Positions 12,990 to 26,139 of a stretch of 64,000 nt of DNA are shown here, piece by piece. The DNA is from Camelus ferus (taxonomy: Eukaryota). The notes under the pieces are model-generated. The model saw only the letters and a list, made by a program, of their open reading frames with translations. It was not told where the DNA came from and made no database searches. Position 1 is the stretch's first letter; every line of letters begins with the position of its first letter. The DNA is taken from NCBI RefSeq assembly GCF_009834535.1, contig NC_045696.1, positions 49,106,001 to 49,170,000 on the forward strand, written 5' to 3'. The translations under genes were made by a program, and so were the position numbers.

Positions 12990-14370
12990 AGATTTTAATT
13001 ATTTTGACTAGGCAATATATATAAATGGTTCAAAGTTCAAAAGTTACAAAAGAGAATATGGTGAATAGTCTCTTTTCCATCCCTAGCTTCAGTCACCTAT
13101 GTTCTCCTTGGGTCAATTATCCTGTCAGAGATATTCTGACAAGTAAATATATGCAAACATATTCTTTCCTAAGTCTTTTTTAAAAAAACAATACACTTTA
13201 TACACTGTTACATATCTTGTTTTTTTATTTACAAATATACCTTGGAGATAATATTAAATCATAAAATATTAGTTCATTCTTTTTTAAATAAGTAGCATTA
13301 ATTATGAATGTACCATAGATTATTTAATCTTACCTCACTGATGGACATTTAACTTGTCTCCAAACACTTAGCATCATGAACAACATTGCAAAAAATAATT
13401 TTGTATATTACTCCACATATCATATATAGAAATTTATATGAATCTATATAATCTACCTATAGATTAAATTCCTATCAATGGGATTTCAGAGTAAAAGAGT
13501 AAACACAATTGTAATTTTGATAGATATTACCAAATGAGCCTTCATAGATGACAAACCAAATTACAATCCCACCAAAAAGGTATGAGTCATAATATTTACC
13601 CAACACCAACAGAAGGGCATCACAAACTTTTTTTTTTGCTGATTTCGTAATGTAAGTTTAATTAGCATTTCACTTATCATAAGAAAGATTGACAATCTTT
13701 TCAAATATTTAAAAGCCATTTGTAAGTATTTTTCTAAGAGTTCTGTTCATATTCTTTTTCTACTTTCCCATGTTGTGTTTTTAAAATTGATTTGTATAAG
13801 TTATTTACATGTAAAGACAGCTTTTGTAATTCGAGTTGCAAGTTTTTCTTTTTGGTCATGTAGAAAATTTTTCTTAGTCAGATTTATTAAAGTTTTACTC
13901 TTAGGCCTCTGATTTTTGTAATATACTTTCCCTACTCCAAGTTTATTGGAAAGAAAATTCTTATGATTTTTCTCTACTACTTTTATGATTCCTATTTTAA
14001 AGTTTTCATCATACAAATTTTACATATTTCTTGTTAAGATCACTTCTAGATATTTTATCACTTTTAGTTATTTTAAGTGGATTCTGTTTTATTAGATCTC
14101 CTAACTGGTTTCAATATATAAAAGCTACTAATTTCTGTATATATTAATTTTGTTGTCAGTCACCTTAATGAATTCCCTAATTGTAACAGGCTTTAATTAA
14201 TTGTCTTGGGATTTTTAGGTGTATAATTATACTACCTGCAAATAACAATAATTCAACTTCTCTTTTTCTAATGTTTAAACCTTAAAATTCTCTTTTTCAT
14301 TTTCCCTGTTTAGTACCCCCAGAATAATGTTAGACAACAGTGTGATCACAGGCATTCTTGTCCTGTTACT
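12990..14370 (-). mobile_element. Old L1M fragments (3'UTR and ORF2 remnants)
   Basis: Degenerate antisense L1 motifs (tgatggacatttaacttgtctcc; ctaatttctgtatatattaattttg; ataatgttagacaacagtgtgatcacaggcattcttgtcc). Confidence 0.7.
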
Positions 14371-14716
14371 CAAGTAATCTCACTTTATAGATTATCTTTT
14401 AACTCCCTAATATCAGCCTTCTCCACATCTTCTAGGTCTTTCTAATCTTAAAAAACTGTCCGTGGATACCACATTGCCTTCCAGCTACCCCTCCTTCATT
14501 TTCTTTGCAGTTATCTATACTTGTTCAAATCTCAGATCTTCCTCTTCCATGCGTTCCTCCATCGATTCCAGCCTAGCTTGTGTTTCCACCACTAGACAGA
14601 TCAGATGCGCTGACCTATGAACCATGTGGTATTTGAAAAACTCTTTGATGATGATCATGGTTGTCAGAAGACTGAGTTTCTGACGTAACAGTGACAGCAG
14701 AGTAAGAGATGATGTC

Positions 14717-15220
14717 TGATGGGGTTTAGACCCATTGTGCCAAAATAAGGCACCTTGACATATTGAATATTTTAAGTCGACGGTGTTTGAGAAAATGGCA
14801 GAAACAGGAAGGTCTCTCTGACTTTTCCCCTACTCTTCTCCCCAAAGCACAAGTCCCTCTTGTGAGAGATGCCTTCCCTATACATGGAGGAGAGGAGCAT
14901 CCTTATTTCTGAAGACAAGGGGATGCCCAGAAGAATCAGACAGGCCTTGATAATTTTCCTCCAGTTTACTGCACTTACCACATACCCTTTGCCCTATCAT
15001 ATTTCTCTGTGACTGTCCACTCTGCCAAACTTGGGACAAAAATACTTAGGTTTAACAGTATCTTTGGGTTGCCAATTTCTTATAAAGCATCCTCTGTCAG
15101 GTAAAACCAGTATTAAATACATGCGTATACTTTTCTCCTGTTAATCTGTCTCTGTCAGTTTTTTTCCAGACCCAACCAGGGACTTTAATAGCAGTTAGGA
15201 AAACTTTTTCCTCTCTTACA
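14717..15220 (+). mobile_element. MER34-like ERV1 solo LTR
   Basis: TG...CA ends, MER34-type 5' end (ccaaaataaggcaccttgacatattgaatattttaag), ATTAAA signal. Flanks TGTC/CATC fit a CGTC 4-bp TSD after CpG decay. Confidence 0.75.
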
Positions 15221-15449
15221 CATCTAATGTATGGTCCAAACCTTGGTCACCCCTGCAGTGGGATTTTGGACATTGTTTCTGGCTGCTAGTCTCCAATTGG
15301 TTTACCAAGCCTCCCAGAGATTTAATGAACTACCCAATACCCTTGTAATAAATTCCATTATTATACTAATACAATATATTATATCATGTTATTATAGTAA
15401 CATAATAAATTCTGCTTCTATTAGCCACAACTGGTTTCTATTGCTTGTT

Positions 15450-16080
15450 CTTCCGGAGATTACCAACGTCTTCCTTTTAATTGTAGCATTCAACCTAACT
15501 GATGATTCCCTCTTTCTAGAAACATTTTGTCCCTTAGTTTCAATGATACCTCATTTGTAGTTGCCCTTTTTCCTCTCTGACAACTCCTCAGTGTCTTTTG
15601 CCAGAGCTGTCCTTTCTTCCAAATGTTATTTACATATCCCCATTTGTCAGGATTAGGCCTTATCTGCTCACACTATACTCATGTCCTAAGTGAACTCATA
15701 TATGTACCCAGGTTGAAATACAATCAGTTTGCTGCTTTCCTTTCATTTCTCCAGTACAGACCAATGGCTATGAGTTCTGTATCTGGTTATCTGTGTACTC
15801 ATCAAATCTGCTTGGATGTTTCATATGCACCTCAAATTTAAAGGTATAATATTTGCCCCTAAAATGTCTTATCTCAGTGATTGGCACCACTACCTACTCA
15901 GTAGTCATGTCAGAAACTCAGAATAATCCCTGACGTTTTTCCTCTTAACCTTCAAAATCCAACCCATCCCCGAGTCATATCAATTTCTTTTCAACTCAGT
16001 CAACTTCTCTATTTTTATCATTTTTTTCTCTATCATCAGTTCTTACTTAAATTCCTATAGCTATTTAACTGATCATTGAA
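15450..16080 (+). mobile_element. L2 fragments (further pieces at ~14400-14600, 16570-16760 and 17280-17520)
   Basis: L2 motifs such as ctgcttggatgtttcatatgcacctcaaatt, atctcagtgattggcaccac and gtcagaaactcagaataatccctgac. Confidence 0.6.
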
Positions 16081-16097
16081 TTTACTCTTGTTATTAC

Positions 16098-16562
16098 TGT
16101 TACTGAAGGCACGTTCACGTGCCTGACTCACCATGAGGCCAAACAAACTGAAAAGTAAGAGTTTGGAGCAGAGGAAGGTTTACTGCAGGGCTGAGCAAGG
16201 AGGACACGGTGGCTCATGCCCAGGAAAACCCTGAACTCCCCAGAGGGTTCCAACAAAGCATATTTAAAGGCCAGGTGAGGGAGAAGGGGTTGTAGGGTAC
16301 TGACCAGCTCATGCACGATTGTCTGATTGGTTGATGTTGAAGTAACATAGCAGTCAACACTGTCAACCCCTAGGCACCAGAAAGTCTGTGCTCTTGATCA
16401 TCAACTAGTTTCTTCCCTTTGGTGGTGGTTTTTAGCATCTGAAAGACTCACAAAATATGCCTGAAATACTATCATCTGCGTACATCAGAGAGGAGCTACA
16501 ACAGAGGAAATGGGCGAGAAGTCTGAGCCTGGAAGGCCCCACATGGTTCCTGCTCAGTTATG
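16098..16562 (-). mobile_element. Lineage-restricted ERV1-class solo LTR, copy 1 of 3 related
   Basis: Starts TGTTACTGAA. Shares long blocks with 18371-18855 (tttaaaggccaggtgagggag; cagctcatgcac..ctgattgg; tggtggtggttttagcatctg). Confidence 0.75.
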
Positions 16563-16764
16563 TACCAATCCAGTTTGTCTATGGTAGTCAAACTGCTCTT
16601 TTTAAAAATGGAAAGTTGATCATGTCATCTCCCTATTGAGAATCTTTCAATAGTTTCCCATTACCGTTAGAATGAAAGTCCAAAATACTTAACACAACTA
16701 AAAGAATCTCTTTAACCTGCACCCATTCTACCTCTCTAGGCCCTTATACCATTCTCCTATTCTT

Positions 16765-17226
16765 CATTAGTCAGTATACAGCCAGGAAAACAGAACACTA
16801 GGATCATTATAGTGATGAGACATCATCTGAAGATCAGGAAGCTGCTGCCTTTCCTGAGCTGGAGCCCACTAGCCTTCACTTCTCTTTGATGTGCTGGAAA
16901 TATGCCTGTTTCTACTATGCTTGGAACTAAACAGGTGCTTGTCTTTTTACAGATGCTGCTAAAAACTTTTACTGACTACTAGAGCCCAGAGTTTTCTACC
17001 ACTTCTGTTGCTGATACCTGAGGCTCCCAGAAGCAGAAAAAAAATGACTTCTTCATGTCTCCTGCTCTAAATGTCCTGCCACTGTTGCATAGTATCAGAA
17101 AGTAATAGAAATTAATGTGCTGACAAGGAGTCTGCAAAATGTAGTTTGCCAGCTTCCAGCCCTTGTGAATCAGAGAACACAGAAGGTCAGGAATGGAGTT
17201 AAGAGCTACACACAAATAATTGGCAC
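16765..17226 (-). mobile_element. Ancient LTR (LTR78/MamGyp-like)
   Basis: Start attagtcag...caggaaaacagaa and end aatgtagtttgccagcttccagccc...tggcaca, similar to the element at 25398-25972. Confidence 0.4.
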
Positions 17227-17522
17227 ATGTGGACTTTACATTGGATCCTTTCAAGACACACATATGAGCTCATGTGGTTTTTATAGGGTTTAACACCAGG
17301 TCATTTTCTGGGTCTTAGCTTAAACAGTAGTTCATCAATAAAGCTATTTTTCACTCCACATATTAATTTTGGTCCCTTGATATTTACTCTTGGGCACTCT
17401 GTGACTTTCCTCACAATATTAATAAAATTGTGACCAAAAATTTGCATAATTTTTCATTTAATATCTGTCCTCCCCTGCTAAACTGAAAAGTCATTAAAGA
17501 GAAGGACTTCTATGTCTTCTTT

Positions 17523-18329
17523 TTTTTAAAATTGAAGTATAGTCAGTTATAATGTGTCAGTTTCTGGTGTATAGCATAATGTCTCATTCACACATATACA
17601 TACATATATTCATTTTCATATTCTTTTTCATTAAAGGTTATTATAAGATATTGAATATAGTTCCCTGTGCTATGCTGAAAAAATCTGTTTTTTTTTATCT
17701 ATTCTTATATATAGTAAATATTTGCAAATATCAAACTCGCAAATTTACCCCCTCCCACCCCCTTTCCTCCTGGTAATCATAAGATTGTTTACTATGTCTA
17801 CGAGTCTATATCTGTTTTGTAGATGAGTTCATCAGTGTCTTCTTTTTTCTTTTTTTTTTTTAGATTCCACAGATATGAGTGATATCATATGTTATTTTTC
17901 TTTCTCTTCCTGGCTTACTTCACTTAGAATGATGACCTCCAGGTCCATCCATGTTGCTGCAAATGGCATTATTTTGTTCTTTTTTATGGCTGAGTAGTAT
18001 TCTATTGTCAATGGACATGTAAGTTGTTTCCATGTCTTGGCTATTGTAAGTAGGGCTGCTGTGAACATTGGGGTGCATGTGTCTTTTCCAATTGTAGTTT
18101 CTCTGGATGTATGCCCAGGAGTGTGATTGCTGGATCATATGGTAAGTGTATTTTTAATTTTTAAAGGAACATCCATACTGTCCTCCATAGTGGCTGCACC
18201 AATTAACATTCACATCAACAGTGTAGGAGGGTTCCTTTTCTCCACACCCTCTCCAGCATTTATCATTTGTGGACTTTTAAATGATGGCCATTCTGACTGG
18301 TGTGAGGTGATACCCCATTGTAGTTTTGA
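17523..18329 (-). mobile_element. 5'-truncated L1 (3'UTR plus end of ORF2) with 12-bp TSD
   Basis: Poly-T, then aattgaagtatagtc-type 3'UTR. TSD TATGTCTTCTTT at 17511-17522 and 18330-18341. Inserted into an L2 3' end. Confidence 0.92.
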
Positions 18330-18370
18330 TATGTCTTCTTTATTGCTACGTCTCCACTGCATGGAGTTTG

Positions 18371-18855
18371 TGCTACCAAACCAAACTTGGGTCTGCTCAC
18401 CTGCACACAGTAAAGCCAATCACTGGGTTGTGGTGAAGGAAAGTGCAGCATTTATTGTAAGACAGCAACACAAGGAAAACAGGTGGCTTGTGCTCAAAAA
18501 ATAGCCAGACTCCATGAAGGGTTTCAACAAAGGCTGAACCTTTTTTTTAAAGGCCAGGTGAGGGAGGAGGGTTGCAGGTTATATGATCAGCTCATGCACA
18601 GTTCTCTGACTGGTCGATGGTGAGGTAACAGGGCAGTGTCACAAGGGTTAACATTATCAACCTTAAGTGCCAGTAGGTCTGAGGGCTGCATGCTCATGAT
18701 CACCCAGTAGTTAATTTCTTCCATTTGGTGGTGGTTTTAGCATCTGTAAAACAACAAAAGTAATGTGCATCAGACATTATCATCTAGGTACTTCAGAGTG
18801 GAGCTACAGCAGAGGATATGTGGGAGGAGATTGTCCTGGGAAGGCCCCACAGGTT
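18371..18855 (-). mobile_element. ERV1-class solo LTR, copy 2
   Basis: Homologous to 16098-16562 and 22500-23109. Confidence 0.75.
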
Positions 18856-19342
18856 GATCTGAATAAATATTTACTGAATAAATGAAATATATATTCTATT
18901 ATAGCATTCAAAAGGGTAGTTCCTTCATTCATTGTCAATAATCCCTGTAAGAATAAAATATTTAATAGTTCTGAAAGGTTATTTTATCATTAGGCTACAG
19001 GGTCAGTTTCCCAGGGATTTCTCTCATGTTATAAATACAGAGACTGGCAGAAATGACACATTAGTTTCTCTGGCATAAGTTGTATTAGAAATATGAATAC
19101 CTAGGTCTTTTTCAATAATGTAGTATATTCCACAGTAATTTAAGTAACCCTGGAGATAGTTATGGAAATAGATAGGAAAATACAAAATAAGGAATTAAAA
19201 GATGAATTCTTATGAAATATATAAAGGGCAGAGTAAAAAAGACAAAGAAAGTTATAAAGCAAAAACTCCCCCATCCCCATAGATCCTGAGGTTCTAGCCA
19301 CCTAGTTACAGAATCACATATGAAAACAACCACAAAACTTTT

Positions 19343-19486
19343 TATTTTTTTTTAGATTCCACATATAAGCGATCTCATATGGTATTTTTCTTTCTCTTTC
19401 TGGCTTACTTCACTTAGAATCACATTCTCCAGCAACATCCAGGTTGCTGCAAATGGCGTTATGTTGTCAGTTTTTATGGCTGAATA
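19343..19486 (-). mobile_element. Short L1 insertion lacking the distal 3'UTR, with TSD
   Basis: T-tract then ttagattccacatataagcgatctcatatgg... Flanks CACAAAACTTTT (19331-19342) / CACAAAACATTT (19487-19498). Confidence 0.85.
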
Positions 19487-19740
19487 CACAAAACATTTAT
19501 ATACCCAAATATTCACATATATTTATACCAAAATGACATTTTCAAACAGTGAATGGCAACAGCTTAGCATTAAAATATTTGATCATGAGAAGGATAGAAA
19601 TGATTCTCATGACAAGCTGGCTTATAGCTTTCTAATTTAGTTCTTTTTATTAGGTCAACTCTTTTGTTTGGCATTTTATTCCTATAACAGAAAGACTGTA
19701 GGGTACAAGAGGGCAGCAGAACTACCATCAGTCTGTTTTC

Positions 19741-20142
19741 TTTTTTTTAATTATTGAAGTATAGTTGATTTACAATATTGTGTTAGTTTCAGTTGTACAA
19801 TAGAGTGATTCAGTTACATGTATTTTTTCAGATTATTTTTCATTATCTGTTATTACAAGATACTGAATATAATTCCCTGTGCATATAGTAAATCTTTGTT
19901 GCCTATCTATTTTATGCATAGTAGTTTGTATCTGTTAATCCCATACTTCTAATTTATCCTCCCCCTTCCTCTTTGCTAACCACAAGTTATTTTCTATAGC
20001 TGTGAGTCTGTTTCTGCTTTGTGTATAGATTCATTTGTATTATTTTTTAGATTCCACATATAAGTGGTATCATATAGTGTTTGTCTTTCTCTGTCTGATT
20101 TTCTTCATTTAGTATGATATTTTCTAGGTCCATTCATGTTGA
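19741..20142 (-). mobile_element. L1 3' end, 5'-truncated
   Basis: Poly-T plus ttgaagtatagttgatttacaatattg...ttagattccacatataagtg...catgttg. Confidence 0.88.
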
Positions 20143-21378
20143 GCTGCCTGCTGTCTTTAAAGCTGGTTTCCTGATTTGAAATTTGATTTTAAGAATTCTA
20201 ACATGTAACATGTCCTGGTCATTTTCTAAGAGGTGAGTAGTATCTATGTTCTGCAATCCTCAGGTGCTTAGAGTCTAACAATCTGACTGTTAGAAGGTAG
20301 GGGAGGGTAGAGATGATGTTTGTGTCAACAAACTTTTGAATTATTGCAAGAGAGAGGAAAGGGTGACAAGATAAGTTAAATTAGAAGGAGATTAATGCAA
20401 TTCATCTAGAAGAGCTACGATTTTTCCAGGGAGATAAGAAGCATTGTTATCCAAAGAGAATGCAAGGGCTAAGGAAGGGATGGAGGTCTGAGGAGGAAGG
20501 AAAAAATTTGGAGCCATCACTGTAAAGGTTTTAAGAAGGATGATTATAAGAACTGTTGAGCAGCTTTGAGAACCAAGGGGAATTTTGATACCATGAAATT
20601 TCAGGAATTGTAGCTGGTGCCCTGTTGAGATTTTATCAAGCAACTCCTGATCTACAGCAGGAATGCTGAGTGTTGTTAGTGAGGGTTAGCAAAGCAAACA
20701 AGGGCTGGCAAGTGTATTATTGAGATGTTTACCGTGGAGTCCAGTCTCGGTAGGAAGGCAAAAAAGCCAGAATGAGAATAATGGATTTGAAGATAAGTGT
20801 TAGAAGACAAAAATTAGAAGCTGAAGAATAAATTCAACAATGATGGTAAACTAGTAGGAAAACCAGAGGGTAGTTTAGAAAGAGCTCTTTAGTGAGAAAT
20901 TCCCACTGAGACCAGAGGTCCACAGGAGGTTACAAAGTATTGATGTTGTCAGGGACTTCAAGTAGCAGAATAAAAAAGTGTACACAGAAATTCAAAGAAG
21001 ACAGGTTGTTAAATGAAGTCTACAGAACAATGATCTAGAAGTAGATACACCCAGCCCTGCTCCAGGCAGCATGAATTGAAGAAGTAGAAAGAAACATAAG
21101 CTTTCTATATGAGATAATGCAACGAATCTTAAATTTTAGAGCAATATGCCTGTTTTATTTTGTTATAGAAGGTAGAAATATTAAAAGGATATGGGGATGT
21201 TTGTTCATGATGAAACAGGTGTCCTAGAGTCTCATGAAAAAAACAGACTGGCAAGGAATGGAGTGGGCCTAGGGTCTTAGTAGGGCAGGCTAGATAAGGT
21301 GCTTTGAAGTAATGCTGAGTTTCGTGTTAAGGTTCTTGAGTGTTGGTCAAAGGAATTAAGGTAAGAGGATAGGGAGGT

Positions 21379-22227
21379 ATATCAGTAAAAGAAAACTCTT
21401 GTTTCATTTCTGCTCTACTTGCGCCAGCTTCTGATACCGAGTATGGTGGGGAGGATTCCCACATCAAACAATTCTCCAGCTCTTCAGACCAATTTTCCTA
21501 CAGCTGGATTATGACACTAACTACCTGGAGTTAGCACAGGCTCCAAAGATTAAGGCCCCAGTCCCACAAGCCTGCCCCCATTTGGGATGCCAATCACAGG
21601 TTCCAGGTTGTCAGCTGGACTTCTGAACAATTGGCTATAAATTGAGAGTTTCCATGACCCCCTCCCGGGATTCAGTAAGTTGCTAGAAGGGCTCTCGGAA
21701 CTCAGGTGAAACACTTAATTAAATTTACTGGTTTATTATAAAGGATACAACTCAGGAATAGCAGAATGGAAGGGATGCACAGGGCAAGATCTGTGGGAAG
21801 GGGTGCAGAGCTGCCATGCCATCTCTGAGCGCATTAGCCTCCCAGCACCTTCATGTATTCACCAACCTGGAAGCTCTCAGGGTTTAGAGTTTTTAATAGA
21901 GGTTTCATTAAGTTCACGTGATTAATTATGCCTTTGGCCATTGATGGTGAAATCAATCTCCAGCTTCTCTCCCAACCCCTGGAGGTTGGGAGTTGGGTGG
22001 GGCTAAAAGTTTCAACCTTCTAATCACTTGGTTGGTTTCTCTGGCAACTAGTCCTTAACTTCCAAGAGTCATCTCATTAACATAAGCATATATGTGGTTG
22101 AAAGGGATTTATTATAAATAACAAAAGATGCTCCTCTCACCCCATCACTCAGAAAACTCCGAGAGTTATAGGAGCTCTCTGCCAGGAACTAGAGAAAGAT
22201 CAAATATATAGTTCTCATTTTGTCACA
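21379..22227 (-). mobile_element. MER21-class LTR
   Basis: gacactaactacctggagttagcacag...cagtcccacaag...ggtttattataaaggatacaactcaggaa match recalled MER21B/C. Confidence 0.8.
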
Positions 22228-22499
22228 ATTAGTTTTCTACTGTTGTTATAACAAATTACCACAGACAATGGTTTACAGGAACACAAATTTATTATCTGTC
22301 AGTTCTCTAGATCAGGAGTCTAACACAGGTCCTACCTAGCTAAAATCAAGGCATTGGCAGAGCTGAATTCCTTTCTGGAGGCTCTAGGGGAAAATCCATG
22401 TTTTTGCCTTTTCCATCTTCCAAACCCTGCCAAATTCCTTAGCTTATTGCTCCTTTCCTCTACCTACAAAGCTAATAACTTTGCACTCTCTGATCATTT
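22228..22499 (-). mobile_element. MLT1 (MaLR) LTR fragment
   Basis: taacaaattaccac...acacaaatttattatc...ctaaaatcaagg...cctttctggaggctctaggggaaaatcc. Confidence 0.75.
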
Positions 22500-23109
22500 T
22501 TGCCCACCAGGCAGCAAAGCCAATCTACTGACCCTGGGTTGTGTAGAAGGAAAGTACAGTGTTCGCTGCAGTGTGTCAAGCAAGGAGAATGGGCAGCTTA
22601 TGCACAAAAGACCTGAATTCCCCAATGGCTTTCAGGGAAGGGCTTTTAAAGGTAACATTGGGAGTAAGTGTTGCAGGATGTGTGATCTTCTGATTGGTTA
22701 GGTGGTGAGGTAATAGGGTGGGAATCTCAGTCATCAACCTGGTTCAACCAGTCTGGGGTCTAGTGCTTGTGACCAGCATGTAGTCACCATCCTTCACCTG
22801 GGGGGGAAAACGGGTCTAAGTTTTTACAGAACGACTCAAAGATATGTGTTAGATTGTTATATATATCCCCTGAGAAGGAACTAGGACTGTTTTATTGCTG
22901 AACTATTAAGCTAGCATTACTTTTCATGCCTGACTGCTTTTCCTTTATTTCTGCATTTCCTCACTTCCCTAGTTAGTAACTACTTGAGTCTGCTCTTTGG
23001 AACTCAGGGAAGGCATAGGAGACTAAAGCCTTTTTCTACAGACAAGAAATGGGGGACACAGAGGGGCTTTTGTACTCAGGAGGGCCCTGCAGGATCCTGT
23101 TGGATGTCA
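22500..23109 (-). mobile_element. ERV1-class LTR, copy 3 (related subfamily)
   Basis: agcaaagccaatctactgac...ggttgtgtagaaggaaagtacag shared with copy 2. Ends ...aggatcctgttggatgtca. Confidence 0.7.
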
Positions 23110-24029
23110 ATTTCCCCTTTTCTTTTTGATACCCTTCAGTTTTGAGCAGAACAGGGGTAGGACAAGAACGGGAATAAAATTCAAAAGCAACTGTACTGGA
23201 TATTGCAGGAATCTGAGATATACATATAAGAATCAAATGAATAATATACAGTGGAAGTAAATTATAAAATTTGTCCAATAATTTTAAAACCATCAATTAG
23301 AGTATTGCAGGCTTTACCATTTGATCTCCCTCCACCTATTTTCTTCTCCATGTTCTCTCTTTTAATATCCCTCTGCCTCTACTCATATTTTCATTACCTT
23401 CTTTTGAGTGCTTCTCTTTCCATCCTTTTTCATCCTTTTGTTCACGTGTCTTTTGCCTCCTACTTCCCTCAGCAACGTTTATGACTTTATGACTATTTGA
23501 ATGTACACATATTCAAACCACTGTGGGAATAAAGCATTTTGTGTTAAAATACTAAAATTCTCCTGCATTCATTTTCTCCTTTCTACTCGCTTGATCACTG
23601 CTCAAGTTCAGACCTTTATTCTCTCTTCTCCTTACAACAAATTCCTTACTAAATTTCTTATAATTCTCCCAAATCCCCTGACAGTCCTTCCATCCTCACT
23701 TCTACCAGTTATTTGACTTTTCTAGCAAACCCAATCTTGTCATCCCACTACTCAAAATTCTTCACTTGTTCACATTACCTACCAGATAAAATCCAAACTT
23801 CTTTATAAGGTTAAAAAAAAAAGATCCCTGCCTACTTATCTAACTTCATTTTTGCCTTTTCTCCTAATTCCCCTTTGCATGTTACCCTATGGCAGCACAG
23901 AAATACTTGTGGTTTCATCATACCTTGCCATGCCTCTGTAATCTTCCATCTGTCATTTTCATATTCCCTCTGTTGCTTTTATCCTATCCGTATGGCAAAA
24001 TCTTAGTCACTCTTTAGGGCTGTTCAAAT

Positions 24030-24410
24030 ACTATTCAGCCCTAGAAAAGAATGAAATCTTGTTATTCGTGACATGAATGGACCTTGAGGATGTTAGGCTA
24101 AGTGAAATAAGTCAGATGGAGAAAGACAAATACCATATGATTTCATTCATATATGGAATCTAAAAAAAAGAGACAAAACAAATAAACCAACAAAAAAACA
24201 AACTCATAAATACAGAGAACAGATTGGTGGTTACCAGAGGGAAGGAGGTTGAGGAATGGGCTAAGGGGGTCAATTGCATGGTGATGGATAATAACTAGAC
24301 CTTTGGCGGTGATCACTTTTTTGTGCATTCAGATGAATTATAATGTGATACACCTGAAACTCATAAATGTTCTATAACAATTTTACCTCAAAAAAAAAAA
24401 AAAAAAAAAA
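24030..24410 (+). mobile_element. L1 3' end with A21 tail
   Basis: End of ORF2 and 3'UTR, poly-A 24390-24410, TSD core CTGTTCAAAT at 24020-24029 and 24415-24424. Confidence 0.88.
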
Positions 24411-24867
24411 GAGACTGTTCAAATGTTACCTTTGCTGTTAGGCATTCCCAATCTCTTTTAGGCAAACCTGGGAATCATCCTCTGTTGTCTGCTATATTGT
24501 ACATCACTCCATTGTTTGCAATAATGTTTTTATTGGCATTTGGGGTCAGGACTTGAGTTTTTCCATTCCCAACACCTTACATAAATTTTAGCACATAGTA
24601 GCTCAATCATCTTTGCTCAGTTAACCTACCCTCTTATTTAACCTACCATAATGCTATGGCTTAGCTCTTCTTTCTGCCTGAGTATCAGTTCCTCAAACTA
24701 TGTTTTTGGAACCCTAGTGCCTCTTGCAAAATAGTTGTATATTATAAATAGAGTTAGCCTTTAGATAGCTGTGTGAAATGTATGTTTGTTTTCTTTTTAG
24801 GTTTATGAGAGAAGTCCAATTCTTTTTCCAAGTAATCCTCTTATCTTTCAGTTCCATAATGATTTTC

Positions 24868-25046
24868 TTTCTTTCTTTTTCTTTTTAATTAAAGTGTGGT
24901 TGATTTACAATATTGTATTAGTTTCTGATGTACAACATAGTGATTCAGTTATACATATATATTCTTTCTCATATTATGTTTCATTATAGGTTATTACAAG
25001 TTATCGAATATAGTTCCCTGTGCTTTACACAGGGACCTTGTTGTTT
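24868..25046 (-). mobile_element. 179-bp L1 3' tip with perfect 13-bp TSD
   Basis: TSD CATAATGATTTTC at 24855-24867 and 25047-25059, followed by AA (L1 endonuclease-type site). Confidence 0.9.
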
Positions 25047-25397
25047 CATAATGATTTTCAAGGGTAATTAAGGTCAGTAAAATAAAGAAATCTCCTAGAT
25101 TACCTAACATTAGAAAATTTTATTTGTTTTTCCATTATCTAGATTAGGAACATCAACCAAAAAAAACTATATATATATGACTAAGACACCAACATAATTA
25201 CCTCCAAATTTTCTTATTTCAAACCCATCTCTGCTTAACCTGGATTGCTGTCAATGAAATAGAACAAATTTTGCTCATTTGCTTTATTGCTTTTACTTAT
25301 ATTGAGATTGATGTTGACTCTGTGATTTTAAACAGTTTGACTTAAAGAAAAATAACTGTTACAAAGAAGGTTTTGGGAAATAGTCACTGAAAATAGA

Positions 25398-25972
25398 GCA
25401 TCAATCAAGGTCCAATCAAGGAAAAAGAAATCATACCATGTTACCTAGGGAACTTAATAATAGGGTATTGTTACACAGGGGTAGGAGGGGGGTCCACCCA
25501 AAAAAGAACTCTGAAGTGATTCAGAGATATGTAATGTGGGAAGCTATTACCGTCTTAAAGCTGGGGAAACAAAGGGAAAAGTTTGGATTTTTAGAACTGA
25601 GAAGCTCAGAGGAAAGTTCCTGCTGACTAGGGCCTGCAACTCTGAGAAGTGGGCACAGCCTAGCTGGTGCTGGTCACTCTGAGGTGTTGTGATGGGTCTA
25701 GTTCTTGGGGTATAAAGTGGGAGGTTGGAACCAACTGCTGACGATGGGGTGAAGGGCTTTTACTGCTGAAGTGATGCTGATAGAAGCAGGAAGCAAGGAG
25801 AAAGGAACAAGTGTCTTCTCCCCCACTTTTACCTTCTATCCTCTCTCCAAGGGCTCCTATTGATAGAACCTACTAGGAAGCCAGCTGGCAAAGGAGACAT
25901 GTTTGCAGAGCCCCAGCCCCAGTAGTATGTGTGAATATGGAGTAGAGAGACGACAGCTTAATAAGTAACACT
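25398..25972 (-). mobile_element. Ancient LTR (LTR78-like)
   Basis: tcaaggtccaatcaaggaaaaagaaatcatacca...acttaataatagggtattgttacacagg and agaacctactaggaagccagctggcaaaggaga. Confidence 0.5.
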
Positions 25973-26139
25973 AAAAGCAATTAAATTGAATGTTAAGCAA
26001 TGATCAGTTAGAGTAACCATCTTCCAGCTTCAAAAACTCAACAAGATCATATAATCAAGATCTTAAAAAATTAATATTATTCTCTTGGGTTTGTCTGTCA
26101 TTAGAGGTGCACTCAAGTATGCTATGTCACTGTAGTTAT

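Noticed and set aside
16098..18855. Two similar LTRs as the ends of one provirus
   Set aside because: The sequence between them is L2, an older LTR and L1 rather than gag/pol, and the LTR ends differ.
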